A DNA stretch of 64,000 bases, taken from positions 2,560,001 through 2,624,000 of the forward strand of contig OY759729.1 in NCBI GenBank assembly GCA_963662585.1, given 5' to 3'. How positions within the stretch are numbered: the first letter of the stretch is position 1; the number at the start of each line of letters is the position of its first letter. This document shows positions 50,137 to 58,825 of this stretch, one piece after another. The notes under the pieces were generated by a model. The model had not been told where the DNA came from and did no database searches. It saw nothing but the letters and a program-made list of their open reading frames with translations. Made by a program: the position numbers and the translations under genes. The DNA comes from Candidatus Cloacimonadales bacterium (lineage in GTDB: Bacteria; Cloacimonadota; Cloacimonadia; Cloacimonadales; JAFGVF01).

Positions 50137-52551
50137 TTATATTTTAGATTTATTTAGATATTCAATAACCAAAGTTCTTACTAAGAAAGATGGATCTTTT
50201 TTCATCTTATCTATTTCTGTTTTAGCTAATTCAGAGTCAATAGTTTTAAGAGCATTGGCTACACTAAATCTAACCTTTTCATTCGGAGATGAAATATATC
50301 TAGATATGAGTGGGATATATTCATCCTTTTTGAAGTTGGCAAAAGCTGAAATACAAGAAAGAATATATTTTTCAGACTCATAGAAATTCTCTATAGGTGG
50401 TAAAAATTGTTCCAGCTTCAATGAGGCAACTAAGGAAATTGCATTCTTATTAGCTAAGCTATCCTCAGAAACTAAAGGATCAATTAACTGAAATTGGGAA
50501 TTACTACTATTTTCAAAGAACTCTTTAATTGCTCTATATTCCTTGGTATCCTGGGTATTTATTTTATTAGATATAATATATTCTACTGTCTCGGTTTCTC
50601 GGTTAAGAAGGATTTCTCGGGCTCTGCGTACTCTATTAACAACATTTCCTACTTCCCATTCCGAAGCATATAGAAATATTTCTTCTATGGATGCTAAAGA
50701 GTCTATATCTGCTGATAATTGTTCTACTGCAGAACTCTTTTCACTCTCTTGCGAAAGGGGCTTCAAGTCTCTTCCTATGCCATAAAGACCTTGTTCCCAG
50801 TCTAAACTATCCTGCATGCTTTGATGAGGATAAAAATCTTGGCCTGCTCCATCGATGAAGAGTCCTATAGACCCAGAAGATCTAGCTTTTTTCCCATATC
50901 CATAGTTGCTATTTGTGCCATTTTCATAACGATCATTACCAGACTTGTCTAAGAAGATACCAACAGAATTTGTTAAGCCTAAACCATTACCTCCTTCTAT
51001 TGAATAGTGGTCGTTACCAGCTCCATCTATCAAGAAACCTACTCCGAAATCATGACCTGCACCCTGTCCAGGCCCATGTTTCGAGTAATAACTATCTTCT
51101 CCTGCTTCATCATAAAGAAATCCCCCAGCCAAATGAATGCCTGAACCTTGAGGGTAATAAACAGCATTATAGAAGTCGTTGCCAGCATTATCCAGTAATA
51201 GACCTAAGCCATACCAGTAACCAACACCTTGAGCATAGACTCCACCTAAATACCTATCATTTCCTGCTTTATCAATCAATATTCCTATTCCACCACCAAA
51301 ATTAGGTCTCATACCAAATCCCATTCCTTGTCCCATACTTCTATAATCATTCGGGGAAAGAGGGGCATGAAATTCACTATTCCCACAGATGTAAGTATCT
51401 GTGCCGTCTTTATCTAAGAGAAGAGATATTCCCCAAGTGGATGCAAAACCTTGACCATACTGCCCTGTAACAAAGATGTCGTTACCTGCTTCATCAATCA
51501 TTATAGATGAAGCCAGAAGGGAAGCTGCTAGCGAGAAGGATTGAGTATTATAGTAATCATTGCCAGCAAAATCAATAAATTCTTGGAAGCCTAATTTAGC
51601 TGAGAAAGCCTCATCTTGGGCAGAATAGTTGTCATTACCACTTAAATCATAAGCATAAGAGAAGCCAAATTCAGCAGAGAAGAGGGAAGTCTCGGAACGA
51701 TATTGGTCATCTCCAGATGCATCAAAAAGAAAGAATGATTCTTGATTATTAGTTATAAAAGAGTAGCTGTCATTACCAGCAGGTTCAATTATAGCTATGG
51801 TATTGTCTAGAACATGAGAATCATCATAAATGCTTCCAATGATAATTTCACCATATTCAGTAGGGTAAATAATATTCTCTTCTTGCCATAAAAATTTATC
51901 TAAGTTCTTATAAATAAAGTCATAAAAGGATTTAATAACTAACTTATGCTTAAGATATTCTTTATTTTCAATAATAACAGGCTGATAGAATATATACCAG
52001 TTAACTCTTTTTACAATATCTTCAAATTCTAAACTTGTTAATTTAATCTCATCATTTTCTTCGGAAGAATTTTGATTAAATGCTGAAGAAGAGAATGATT
52101 TTAAAATCTCAATCTCTTCAGCGCTAAGTTGAGCAAAAACATGATTAAAATGTACTTTTCTAATAGAAATATATGTTTCAATAATATCAATCAACTCTTC
52201 CATTTCTAGACTAGTTTCCAGAAGCTCATTGATGGTTTCAGGATAATTTAATTCAATATCGTTATTATTCAAAAACTTATAAGCAAGTTTATCAAAATCT
52301 TCTCTATTATTGATATTATTAATCTTTTCAGCATAATCTAAGAAGTAAAAGGGGTTATTGATTGAATTAACTATTACCTGATTTTTTAAATAAGTTTCAT
52401 CTGACCAATCTTTTAGGAACATCAAATCTTGAGTTGATAAGTCAATCTTCTCTAAGGTCTCTTGAACTAATAATGAATCTTGACTAGTAATTATTTCTCC
52501 ATGGGAGAGAGAGAGAAAGACCAATAAGCTAATTAATAAGGTATATTTCAT
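50137..52551 (-). CDS. exported protein with about 12 DxxGxDxY repeats and C-terminal HEAT-like repeats
   Basis: Signal peptide; repeats such as GILIDKAGNDRY, GLLLDNAGNDFY, GFLIDGAGNDHY; NEKVRFSVANAL. Confidence 0.8.
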   Translation of the reverse strand: MKYTLLISLLVFLSLSHGEIITSQDSLLVQETLEKIDLSTQDLMFLKDWSDETYLKNQVIVNSINNPFYFLDYAEKINNINNREDFDKLAYKFLNNNDIELNYPETINELLETSLEMEELIDIIETYISIRKVHFNHVFAQLSAEEIEILKSFSSSAFNQNSSEENDEIKLTSLEFEDIVKRVNWYIFYQPVIIENKEYLKHKLVIKSFYDFIYKNLDKFLWQEENIIYPTEYGEIIIGSIYDDSHVLDNTIAIIEPAGNDSYSFITNNQESFFLFDASGDDQYRSETSLFSAEFGFSYAYDLSGNDNYSAQDEAFSAKLGFQEFIDFAGNDYYNTQSFSLAASLLASSIMIDEAGNDIFVTGQYGQGFASTWGISLLLDKDGTDTYICGNSEFHAPLSPNDYRSMGQGMGFGMRPNFGGGIGILIDKAGNDRYLGGVYAQGVGYWYGLGLLLDNAGNDFYNAVYYPQGSGIHLAGGFLYDEAGEDSYYSKHGPGQGAGHDFGVGFLIDGAGNDHYSIEGGNGLGLTNSVGIFLDKSGNDRYENGTNSNYGYGKKARSSGSIGLFIDGAGQDFYPHQSMQDSLDWEQGLYGIGRDLKPLSQESEKSSAVEQLSADIDSLASIEEIFLYASEWEVGNVVNRVRRAREILLNRETETVEYIISNKINTQDTKEYRAIKEFFENSSNSQFQLIDPLVSEDSLANKNAISLVASLKLEQFLPPIENFYESEKYILSCISAFANFKKDEYIPLISRYISSPNEKVRFSVANALKTIDSELAKTEIDKMKKDPSFLVRTLVIEYLNKSKI

Positions 52552-52678
52552 TACTTCTCCTAATGTTAATGCTCACAACGAGTAAGTAATATCAGATTTA
52601 TAAATAATTGAAAAGTCGTCAAGAAAAGATATTGACTTTTTTAACCAGTTATTTAACGAATAATTTTAATGTAAGAAG

Positions 52679-52704
52679 TGTAACCAAAATAAGAAAGCTC
52701 GTTA
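52679..52704 (+). promoter_or_regulatory. ECF-type (likely autoregulatory) promoter
   Basis: TGTAAC-N15-CGTTA about 20 bp before the ATG at 52725. Confidence 0.65.
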
Positions 52705-52724
52705 TAGAATGTGAGACACAAAAT

Positions 52725-53264
52725 ATGGAAGATAAAGAATTAGTTCTAAAAGCAAAAAAGGATATTAATGCCTTTGATGAATTGTATAAGAAGTACTTTC
52801 CTTTGATAAATAGATTTGTTTATCATAAGGTAAGTGAAGAAGAAGTGCGTCGTGATATTGTATCAAATGTCTTTTTTAAGGCCTTAAAAAATATCAATAA
52901 ATTTAAGTATCTTTATAAAGGAGCCTTCTCTGGTTGGCTTTATAGAATAGCTATTAATGAAGTTACTGACTACTATCGTAAAAATGGACGAATTAATAAT
53001 TTAGTTAAAGAAGTGAAATTAAATCAGATTAGTCCCTTAAGTGAAGATATAGAAATAAATTATGAAAATTTAAAAATTGCTTTAAAGCAGTTAAATGAAA
53101 AAGACCAAAATGTAATTATTCTCAGATATTTCGAGAAGATGAGCAACCAAGAGATTGCTGAAATTCTTGGAAAAAAAGAGGGTGCTGTAAAAGTGCAAGT
53201 TCATAGAGCTATGCAGAAATTAAAAACCATTATAATTGAATTAGAAGGAAGAAATAATGGATAA
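52725..53264 (+). CDS. ECF sigma factor
   Basis: AFDELYKKY, FSGWLYRIAIN, EIAEILG...VKVQVHRA; start moved to MEDKEL. Confidence 0.93.
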   Translation: MEDKELVLKAKKDINAFDELYKKYFPLINRFVYHKVSEEEVRRDIVSNVFFKALKNINKFKYLYKGAFSGWLYRIAINEVTDYYRKNGRINNLVKEVKLNQISPLSEDIEINYENLKIALKQLNEKDQNVIILRYFEKMSNQEIAEILGKKEGAVKVQVHRAMQKLKTIIIELEGRNNG

Positions 53265-53799
53265 ATTTGAAGAAAAACTTATTAATCTTAAAATCCCAGA
53301 GATATCAGATAAATATCTAGAGTATGAACTTAAAGAGAAATTGGAAAAGAAGTTTTTTTATAATAAGTTCAAGCTACCATATCAGCTAGCTTTTGGCAGT
53401 GCGATCGCCATGTTAATACTTACTATTAGTTTTGTGGTAAATCCTAATATTGCAGGTAAGATAAATAATGCTATTAGTGGAAAAAATCCCCAACAAATAG
53501 CTGAAACAGATCTTGTCCCTAGCCATGATAATCATCCAGAAACTGTTGAAGCTTGGCAAGGCTTTGAAGGTTTAGCTCAGTTAGATAAGAATAATGAGAA
53601 TATGATAAATGAAAAGACTAAAACCATTACTGATGAAAATGGAGAAATAAAAACTATCAAATATCTAAATCCTGATGATTTTGAAGAAGGTAAAGTATAT
53701 ATGATTAGAAAATATAAATCACCTGACCAACAAGGTATCATTATGATTAACGAAATCGAGAATAGATCTTCCTCAAAAGGTGTAATCCGCAAAATGTGA
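53257..53799 (+). CDS. putative single-TM anti-sigma factor
   Basis: Overlaps the sigma stop; short cytoplasmic part, one TM, soluble C-terminus. Confidence 0.65.
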   Translation: MDKFEEKLINLKIPEISDKYLEYELKEKLEKKFFYNKFKLPYQLAFGSAIAMLILTISFVVNPNIAGKINNAISGKNPQQIAETDLVPSHDNHPETVEAWQGFEGLAQLDKNNENMINEKTKTITDENGEIKTIKYLNPDDFEEGKVYMIRKYKSPDQQGIIMINEIENRSSSKGVIRKM

Positions 53800-53806
53800 G
53801 GTTAAT

Positions 53807-54529
53807 GTGAAGAAAATTTATTTCCAGACAATTCTAATACTTGTTTTCACTCTTATGGCTATTTCAGCATATTCAGAGGTTTATCTTGGTGTTTATCTTA
53901 CTGAATTTGACTCTAAAACCGACTATGATATTACTCAACCAGATTATGGATTAAAAGTTCATAAGGTGATTGAAAATTCCCCTGCTGATGAGGCTGATTT
54001 GCAAGATGGTGATATAATCCTAGAATTGGAGAATCAAAAATTAACTACTATTGACCAATTAGTAGATATTCTTAAAAAAAATAAAATAGGTGATTCTGTT
54101 GAAATTAAATACTTCAGAAATAATAAGACTTTTGCTACTAAACTGAAGTTAGCTAATAAAGAAAAAACAGAAATTTCTAATATTGAAGATAGAATTAAAG
54201 AACTCTTAAGTCAAAGCAAGACTTTTATCTTCAGATATGAATCCCAAGATGATAATGTGATTGGGATAGAGATTTCTCCAGTTAACACGGATAGTCTAGG
54301 CGTTAGAATTGCCAAAGTTCTACCCAAATCACCTGCTGATAAGGCAAATTTACAAGTAGGTGATATTATTACTAATATCAATGGTGCCCAGATAAGCAAG
54401 ACCACTGAAGTTATAGACACTATCCAGAAAGCTGAAGCTGGGACATATATTACTCTGGAGTTTTTACGCAATAATAAACTCAATAAAATTCAAGTTGAAG
54501 TAGTAAAAAGAAAATCAATTTTTGAGTAG
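53807..54529 (+). CDS. exported tandem-PDZ protein without a protease domain
   Basis: YLGV...SPADEADLQDGDII; IGI...SPADKANLQVGDII. Confidence 0.88.
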   Translation: MKKIYFQTILILVFTLMAISAYSEVYLGVYLTEFDSKTDYDITQPDYGLKVHKVIENSPADEADLQDGDIILELENQKLTTIDQLVDILKKNKIGDSVEIKYFRNNKTFATKLKLANKEKTEISNIEDRIKELLSQSKTFIFRYESQDDNVIGIEISPVNTDSLGVRIAKVLPKSPADKANLQVGDIITNINGAQISKTTEVIDTIQKAEAGTYITLEFLRNNKLNKIQVEVVKRKSIFE

Positions 54530-54558
54530 TATAATTAAAGCGAAAATAAGATTCTCTC

Positions 54559-55113
54559 TCTTTCGTCCGAAGTCCCTTGCCTACGGCTGAGGAACTCCGG
54601 TCTCCAACTGCTCACTGTCTTTCGTCCGAAGTCCCTTGCCTACGGCTGAGGAACTCCGGTCTCCAACTGCTGCTCACGGTCTTTCGCCCGAAGTCCCTTG
54701 TCTACGGCTGAGGAACTCCGGTCTCCAACTACTCACGGTCTTTCGTCCGAAGTCCCTTGCCTACGGCTGAGGAACTCCGGTCTCCAACTGCTGCTCACGG
54801 TCTTTCGTCCGAAGTCCCTTGCCTACGGCTGAGGAACTCCGGTCTCCAACTGCTGCTGACGGTCTTTCGTCCGAAGTCCCTTGCCTACGGCTGAGGAACT
54901 CCGGTCTCCAACTGCTCACTGTCTTTCGTCCGAAGTCCCTTGCCTACGGCTGAGGAACTCCGGTCTCCAACTGCTGCTCACGGTCTTTCGCCCGAAGTCC
55001 CTTGCCTACGGCTGAGGAACTCCGGTCTCCGACAACTCAACTTTCTTTCGCCCGAAGTCCCTTGTCAGATTACTTTTTTTTCTGAGACCCATTTTACTTG
55101 AAAGATTGCCAAA
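54559..55113 (-). repeat. tandem array of eight 59-62 bp GC-rich hairpin units plus a half unit and leader
   Basis: Starts 54559, 54618, 54680, 54739, 54801, 54863, 54922, 54984 and 55044 (partial); length varies by one GCT. Confidence 0.97.
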
Positions 55114-55317
55114 TTTTCTATCCAAATCTCTTTAAGAGCCCTAGAGGAAATTAGTATCATCTAACAAATATAGTAATGTAAAACTGTAATAAATCCTACT
55201 TTAAAGCCAATAAAATATAATAAGCAAAAAAAAGTATTTGACAAATTGTTAGTGCTTTCTAACATGGAGACAAAATTAAATAATTGTTAGTTATCTATAA
55301 CTAATTAAGGAGTCATT

Positions 55318-56331
55318 ATGAAAAAGTTAGTTTTATTACTTACTCTAATTTCTTGTTTTCTTGTTGTTAATGCCCAAATACAAATGCCACAGTTGCATAC
55401 GGGAATAATGTTAGATTTGAATACTTATCAAGGGCACAGTGCCAATAATGGAGATTATAATACTTCAAATAAGTTTAAAATCAGAAAAGCCACAATAAAC
55501 GCTAGTGGTACAATCGGGGAAAATACAGATTATGCCATTGAAACAGGTATCTGTTCTTGTGCAGGTAGTGGGGGGCAGTGGCAACTCCTTGAAGCTGAAA
55601 TTGGTTATCATTTGAATGATAATATTACAGTAAGTATCAAGCAGGGCCATGTTTTAAGAGGTTTTTCTGCTTCGACAGAATGTCTTGTCAGGGTACCTTC
55701 TGAAAGACCTGATTTTGTTTTAGCTATGTCAACATGTCATCCATTAGGTTTTGTTGCAAATTTCCAGTATGAACTTCCTTACAATGCAGATATCGAGTTT
55801 GAGACAGCTTTTATGAATGGTGATACGACTTTGGATGGAGAAAAAGACTATAATTTCGGAACAATATTAAACACTCCTCTTTCCGGTTTAGCTCTAACCG
55901 GGGTTTATAATTTGGTAGAGAAAAAATATTACTTAGATGGAGGAATGAAGAGTGAAGAGGGATACAGAGCAATTGGTGGTATTAAATATGATTTTTATGA
56001 TTTCAATATAACTGCTGAATATTTTACTGGTAAGGGATTTCAAACAAAAGATACAGAGAATGATGCCTATTATCTCTTAGGAAGTTATAGGCTTAACACT
56101 AATTTCAGCAAGCGCATTGAGTATATTCAGCCTTATGCTAGATATTCATTTTGGGATAAAGCAGCTCAATCAAGCAGGGGGGAAGACTACGATTATCTTG
56201 ATTTAGGTTTGGTAATATCTTTGGATGCATATACTAAATTAAACTTTAACTACAAGGACACCATATCATTACCTAAAGATATGGAAGAGCTTCCTTCAAT
56301 GTTTACTGCCAGAATTCAAGTAAGTATTTAG
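55318..56331 (+). CDS. outer-membrane porin-like beta-barrel with four Cys
   Basis: Signal peptide; FKIRKATINASG, ITAEYFTG, QPYARYSFWD, ARIQVSI porin-like strands; ICSC, TEC, STCHP. Confidence 0.7.
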   Translation: MKKLVLLLTLISCFLVVNAQIQMPQLHTGIMLDLNTYQGHSANNGDYNTSNKFKIRKATINASGTIGENTDYAIETGICSCAGSGGQWQLLEAEIGYHLNDNITVSIKQGHVLRGFSASTECLVRVPSERPDFVLAMSTCHPLGFVANFQYELPYNADIEFETAFMNGDTTLDGEKDYNFGTILNTPLSGLALTGVYNLVEKKYYLDGGMKSEEGYRAIGGIKYDFYDFNITAEYFTGKGFQTKDTENDAYYLLGSYRLNTNFSKRIEYIQPYARYSFWDKAAQSSRGEDYDYLDLGLVISLDAYTKLNFNYKDTISLPKDMEELPSMFTARIQVSI

Positions 56332-56340
56332 GAGAATAGA

Positions 56341-57219
56341 ATGAGAAATATTTTATTTATATTATTAACACTGCTATCTTTTGGATTATCTGCTGAAAAT
56401 ATTACATTCTACCCAACTAATGATAATTATACTGATGCTGAACATCCTGGTACAGACAATGTCATTACTGAATTATGGACAGCAAACTTTATTCCTGCAG
56501 GAAATTTTCAGAGAATCAATATTGATTTTGAGATTAGTGAATATCTACATGATGACTTTCAAAGTGCTGAGTTAAAATTAACTAGGTTTTTTTCTTGTCC
56601 TTCTACAGGTAGTACTTTAGTTAAATTGTATCCGATAACTCAGGCTTGGGATGAATCTACTTGCAATCTCCATCAACATTTAAGTTATGATGAAAATATC
56701 TTTACTCAATTCAATTTATCAGGTACTCCTGGGTCAAGTATCCAACAATTTTCTTTGAACCTAACAAGTATAATTCAGTTAATCATTGATAATGATATGG
56801 ACTTTTATGGATTCGTAATGATAGCTGATGAGAATCAAAAATTCAGTAAATTTTATTCCAAAGAGCATGCAAATATTGAATATAGACCAGTTTTAGAAAT
56901 TACTTCTTCTCCTGTTAGTAACGAAAATGTTAACACCATTATCTCTTCACTTGAAATAACAGCTTTTCCTAATCCATTCAACCCAACAACAACAATAGAA
57001 TTTGACAATCCATTGGGGCAACTCGTTGAAGTAGCTATCTATAATATTAGAGGGAGATTGGTAAAGAAAGTTTCTGGGATTGAAGTGGATGCAGAAAAAA
57101 ATAGAGTAATGTGGAATGGGCTTGATGAAAGTAATAAAAAAGTTTGTAGTGGAATCTACTTATGCCAGGTTAAAGTTGGAAACAATTTAGCAACAGCAAA
57201 ATTAGTACTTCAAAAATAG
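56341..57219 (+). CDS. secreted DNRLRE-like domain protein with FlgD-like/T9SS-type C-terminal domain
   Basis: PTNDNY, SAELKL, AWDEST, FYSKE...RPVLEI; AFPNPFNP...KLVLQK. Confidence 0.8.
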   Translation: MRNILFILLTLLSFGLSAENITFYPTNDNYTDAEHPGTDNVITELWTANFIPAGNFQRINIDFEISEYLHDDFQSAELKLTRFFSCPSTGSTLVKLYPITQAWDESTCNLHQHLSYDENIFTQFNLSGTPGSSIQQFSLNLTSIIQLIIDNDMDFYGFVMIADENQKFSKFYSKEHANIEYRPVLEITSSPVSNENVNTIISSLEITAFPNPFNPTTTIEFDNPLGQLVEVAIYNIRGRLVKKVSGIEVDAEKNRVMWNGLDESNKKVCSGIYLCQVKVGNNLATAKLVLQK

Positions 57220-57227
57220 AGATTATT

Positions 57228-57716
57228 ATGAAGTATTTTATTATCACTATAATTCTAATGATTACCTGCAGACTTACAGGATTAGATAACCATGAACTAC
57301 TTGTAGAATATATAGAAAATTCTGAAGATTTTGTTACATACAATCTAGTTAATGAAGAAGAAGCTAGTTATTTGAAAGCTGAAAATCATCAAGGGGAGAT
57401 TAGTTATATATTTATTAGCAGGGAAGTTGAAGAAGTTAGAGGCTATCAATCTAAAAGTAAGATTATATTGCATGTAAATAAAGATAAAATAATTCAAGAA
57501 GCAAAGCTATTTCGAAGCAAAGATACTCCATCCTTTGTAAAAAGAATTCAAAGAAGCAATTTTTTTCAACAATTTGTTGGTTGGAATGGTAATCGTGAGA
57601 TAATAGCAGTTACTGGAGCTACGATTACATGCAATGCTGTGGAAACTTCAATAAGCAATATGCTAAAAAGAATAAAAGAAGTCACTCTAATAGGTGAAAA
57701 AAATTCTGAGCCATAA
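57228..57716 (+). CDS. exported FMN-binding (flavinylation-motif) protein
   Basis: VRGYQS, KDTPSF, FFQQFVG, AVTGATIT. Confidence 0.85.
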   Translation: MKYFIITIILMITCRLTGLDNHELLVEYIENSEDFVTYNLVNEEEASYLKAENHQGEISYIFISREVEEVRGYQSKSKIILHVNKDKIIQEAKLFRSKDTPSFVKRIQRSNFFQQFVGWNGNREIIAVTGATITCNAVETSISNMLKRIKEVTLIGEKNSEP

Positions 57717-57781
57717 GCATATCCTAAAGGTAGGGGTTATAATTATTAACTCCTACCTTACTGTCTTAAGTTTGTTTTGAT

Positions 57782-58279
57782 CTAATATAAAAATGAATTA
57801 ACACCAACTTTTATATTAGTATTGATAGATTCATTATTATAGAGTTTTCTAATCTCTAATAGATTTAGTACATCATAGCCATTTTTTGCTAAAAACTTTA
57901 ACATCTTATGATTATTAGGATGGACATGGATAAAAGCTGTCTCTTTGCCATAATCAACAGCTCGCTTATTAACTATCTCTAACAGAGAACTTGCCACAGA
58001 GTTTCTTCTTTCTGCTTTATGAACAAAGAGTTGATCTAGCCAGACTGTTTTATCAAATATTTTAAGTATAGCATAACCGATAATAGTGTTGGATTTAACT
58101 GCTATGTATATTTCGTAGTCAGAGCTAAAGTACTCAGCTAATTCCTCTACTGCTTGGGATAAACTATAATTAAGTTTTCTTTTCTTTAAGAGAGCTAATT
58201 CATTTCTAAACTCTGCTAAGAGAAAACTCAAATCATTATTATACTTTTCTTCACTATTTATTTTTATTATTTTCATCAT
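57782..58279 (-). CDS. GNAT acetyltransferase
   Basis: LDQLFVHKAERRNSVASSLL, VHPNN...FLAKNGY. Confidence 0.88.
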   Translation of the reverse strand: MMKIIKINSEEKYNNDLSFLLAEFRNELALLKKRKLNYSLSQAVEELAEYFSSDYEIYIAVKSNTIIGYAILKIFDKTVWLDQLFVHKAERRNSVASSLLEIVNKRAVDYGKETAFIHVHPNNHKMLKFLAKNGYDVLNLLEIRKLYNNESINTNIKVGVNSFLY

Positions 58280-58405
58280 ATTAACCTCATAAATTAACTA
58301 AATTATGGAGATTAATCCAATTATGTCAAGAAAAATCAGTAAATTGAGATTTTTTTATTGACATAATAGAAGAATAGATTATATTGATTATAATATTCGA
58401 AACAA

Positions 58406-58559
58406 AAGGATTAGTCTGCTTGTTTGGAATTTTAAAGATATTCTAAAATCCTGAGATTAAGGTAAAATACTAAATTCAAGGGATGGAGAAAAAGAGATAA
58501 TGATAATTACTGGCTAATTATAAATATTATTACTCCGTCCTGATGACGGAGTTTTTTTT
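58406..58559 (+). promoter_or_regulatory. structured 5' leader with terminator/SD-sequestering hairpin (riboswitch- or attenuator-like)
   Basis: ACTCCGTC-CTGAT-GACGGAGT plus T7 directly before the ATG; competing GGATGGAG at 58481. Confidence 0.65.
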
Positions 58560-58808
58560 ATGGAAAAAAAAGTAAGAACAGTGACGATTACAGTTCATGA
58601 CAGAGAGAAATCTTTTCAACAAGTTTCTTCTATCTTGCACGATTTAGCTGATAATATTATGTTAAGAGTTGGCTATCCTATGCCTGATCAAAACATATCT
58701 ATCATCTTTATTATTATTAAATTAACAAATGACGAATTAGGTGCTTTCACTGGAAAATTAGGTCAAATCACATCAGTAGATGTAAAATCAACAAGTTTAA
58801 AAATATAA
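58560..58808 (+). CDS. TM1266 family (iron-only hydrogenase system regulator-like, ACT-like) protein
   Basis: ILHD..DNIMLRVGYP...LGAFTGKLGQI..V.VKS, directly upstream of hydG. Confidence 0.85.
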   Translation: MEKKVRTVTITVHDREKSFQQVSSILHDLADNIMLRVGYPMPDQNISIIFIIIKLTNDELGAFTGKLGQITSVDVKSTSLKI

Positions 58809-58825
58809 CAAATAGAGGTATTACA

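Noticed and set aside
54585..54640. Hammerhead ribozyme (CTGAGGA and CGAAA seen)
   Set aside because: The two core motifs lie on opposite strands.
54559..55064. CRISPR or guide-RNA array
   Set aside because: Units differ only by a GCT indel and point changes; no variable spacers and no adjacent nuclease.
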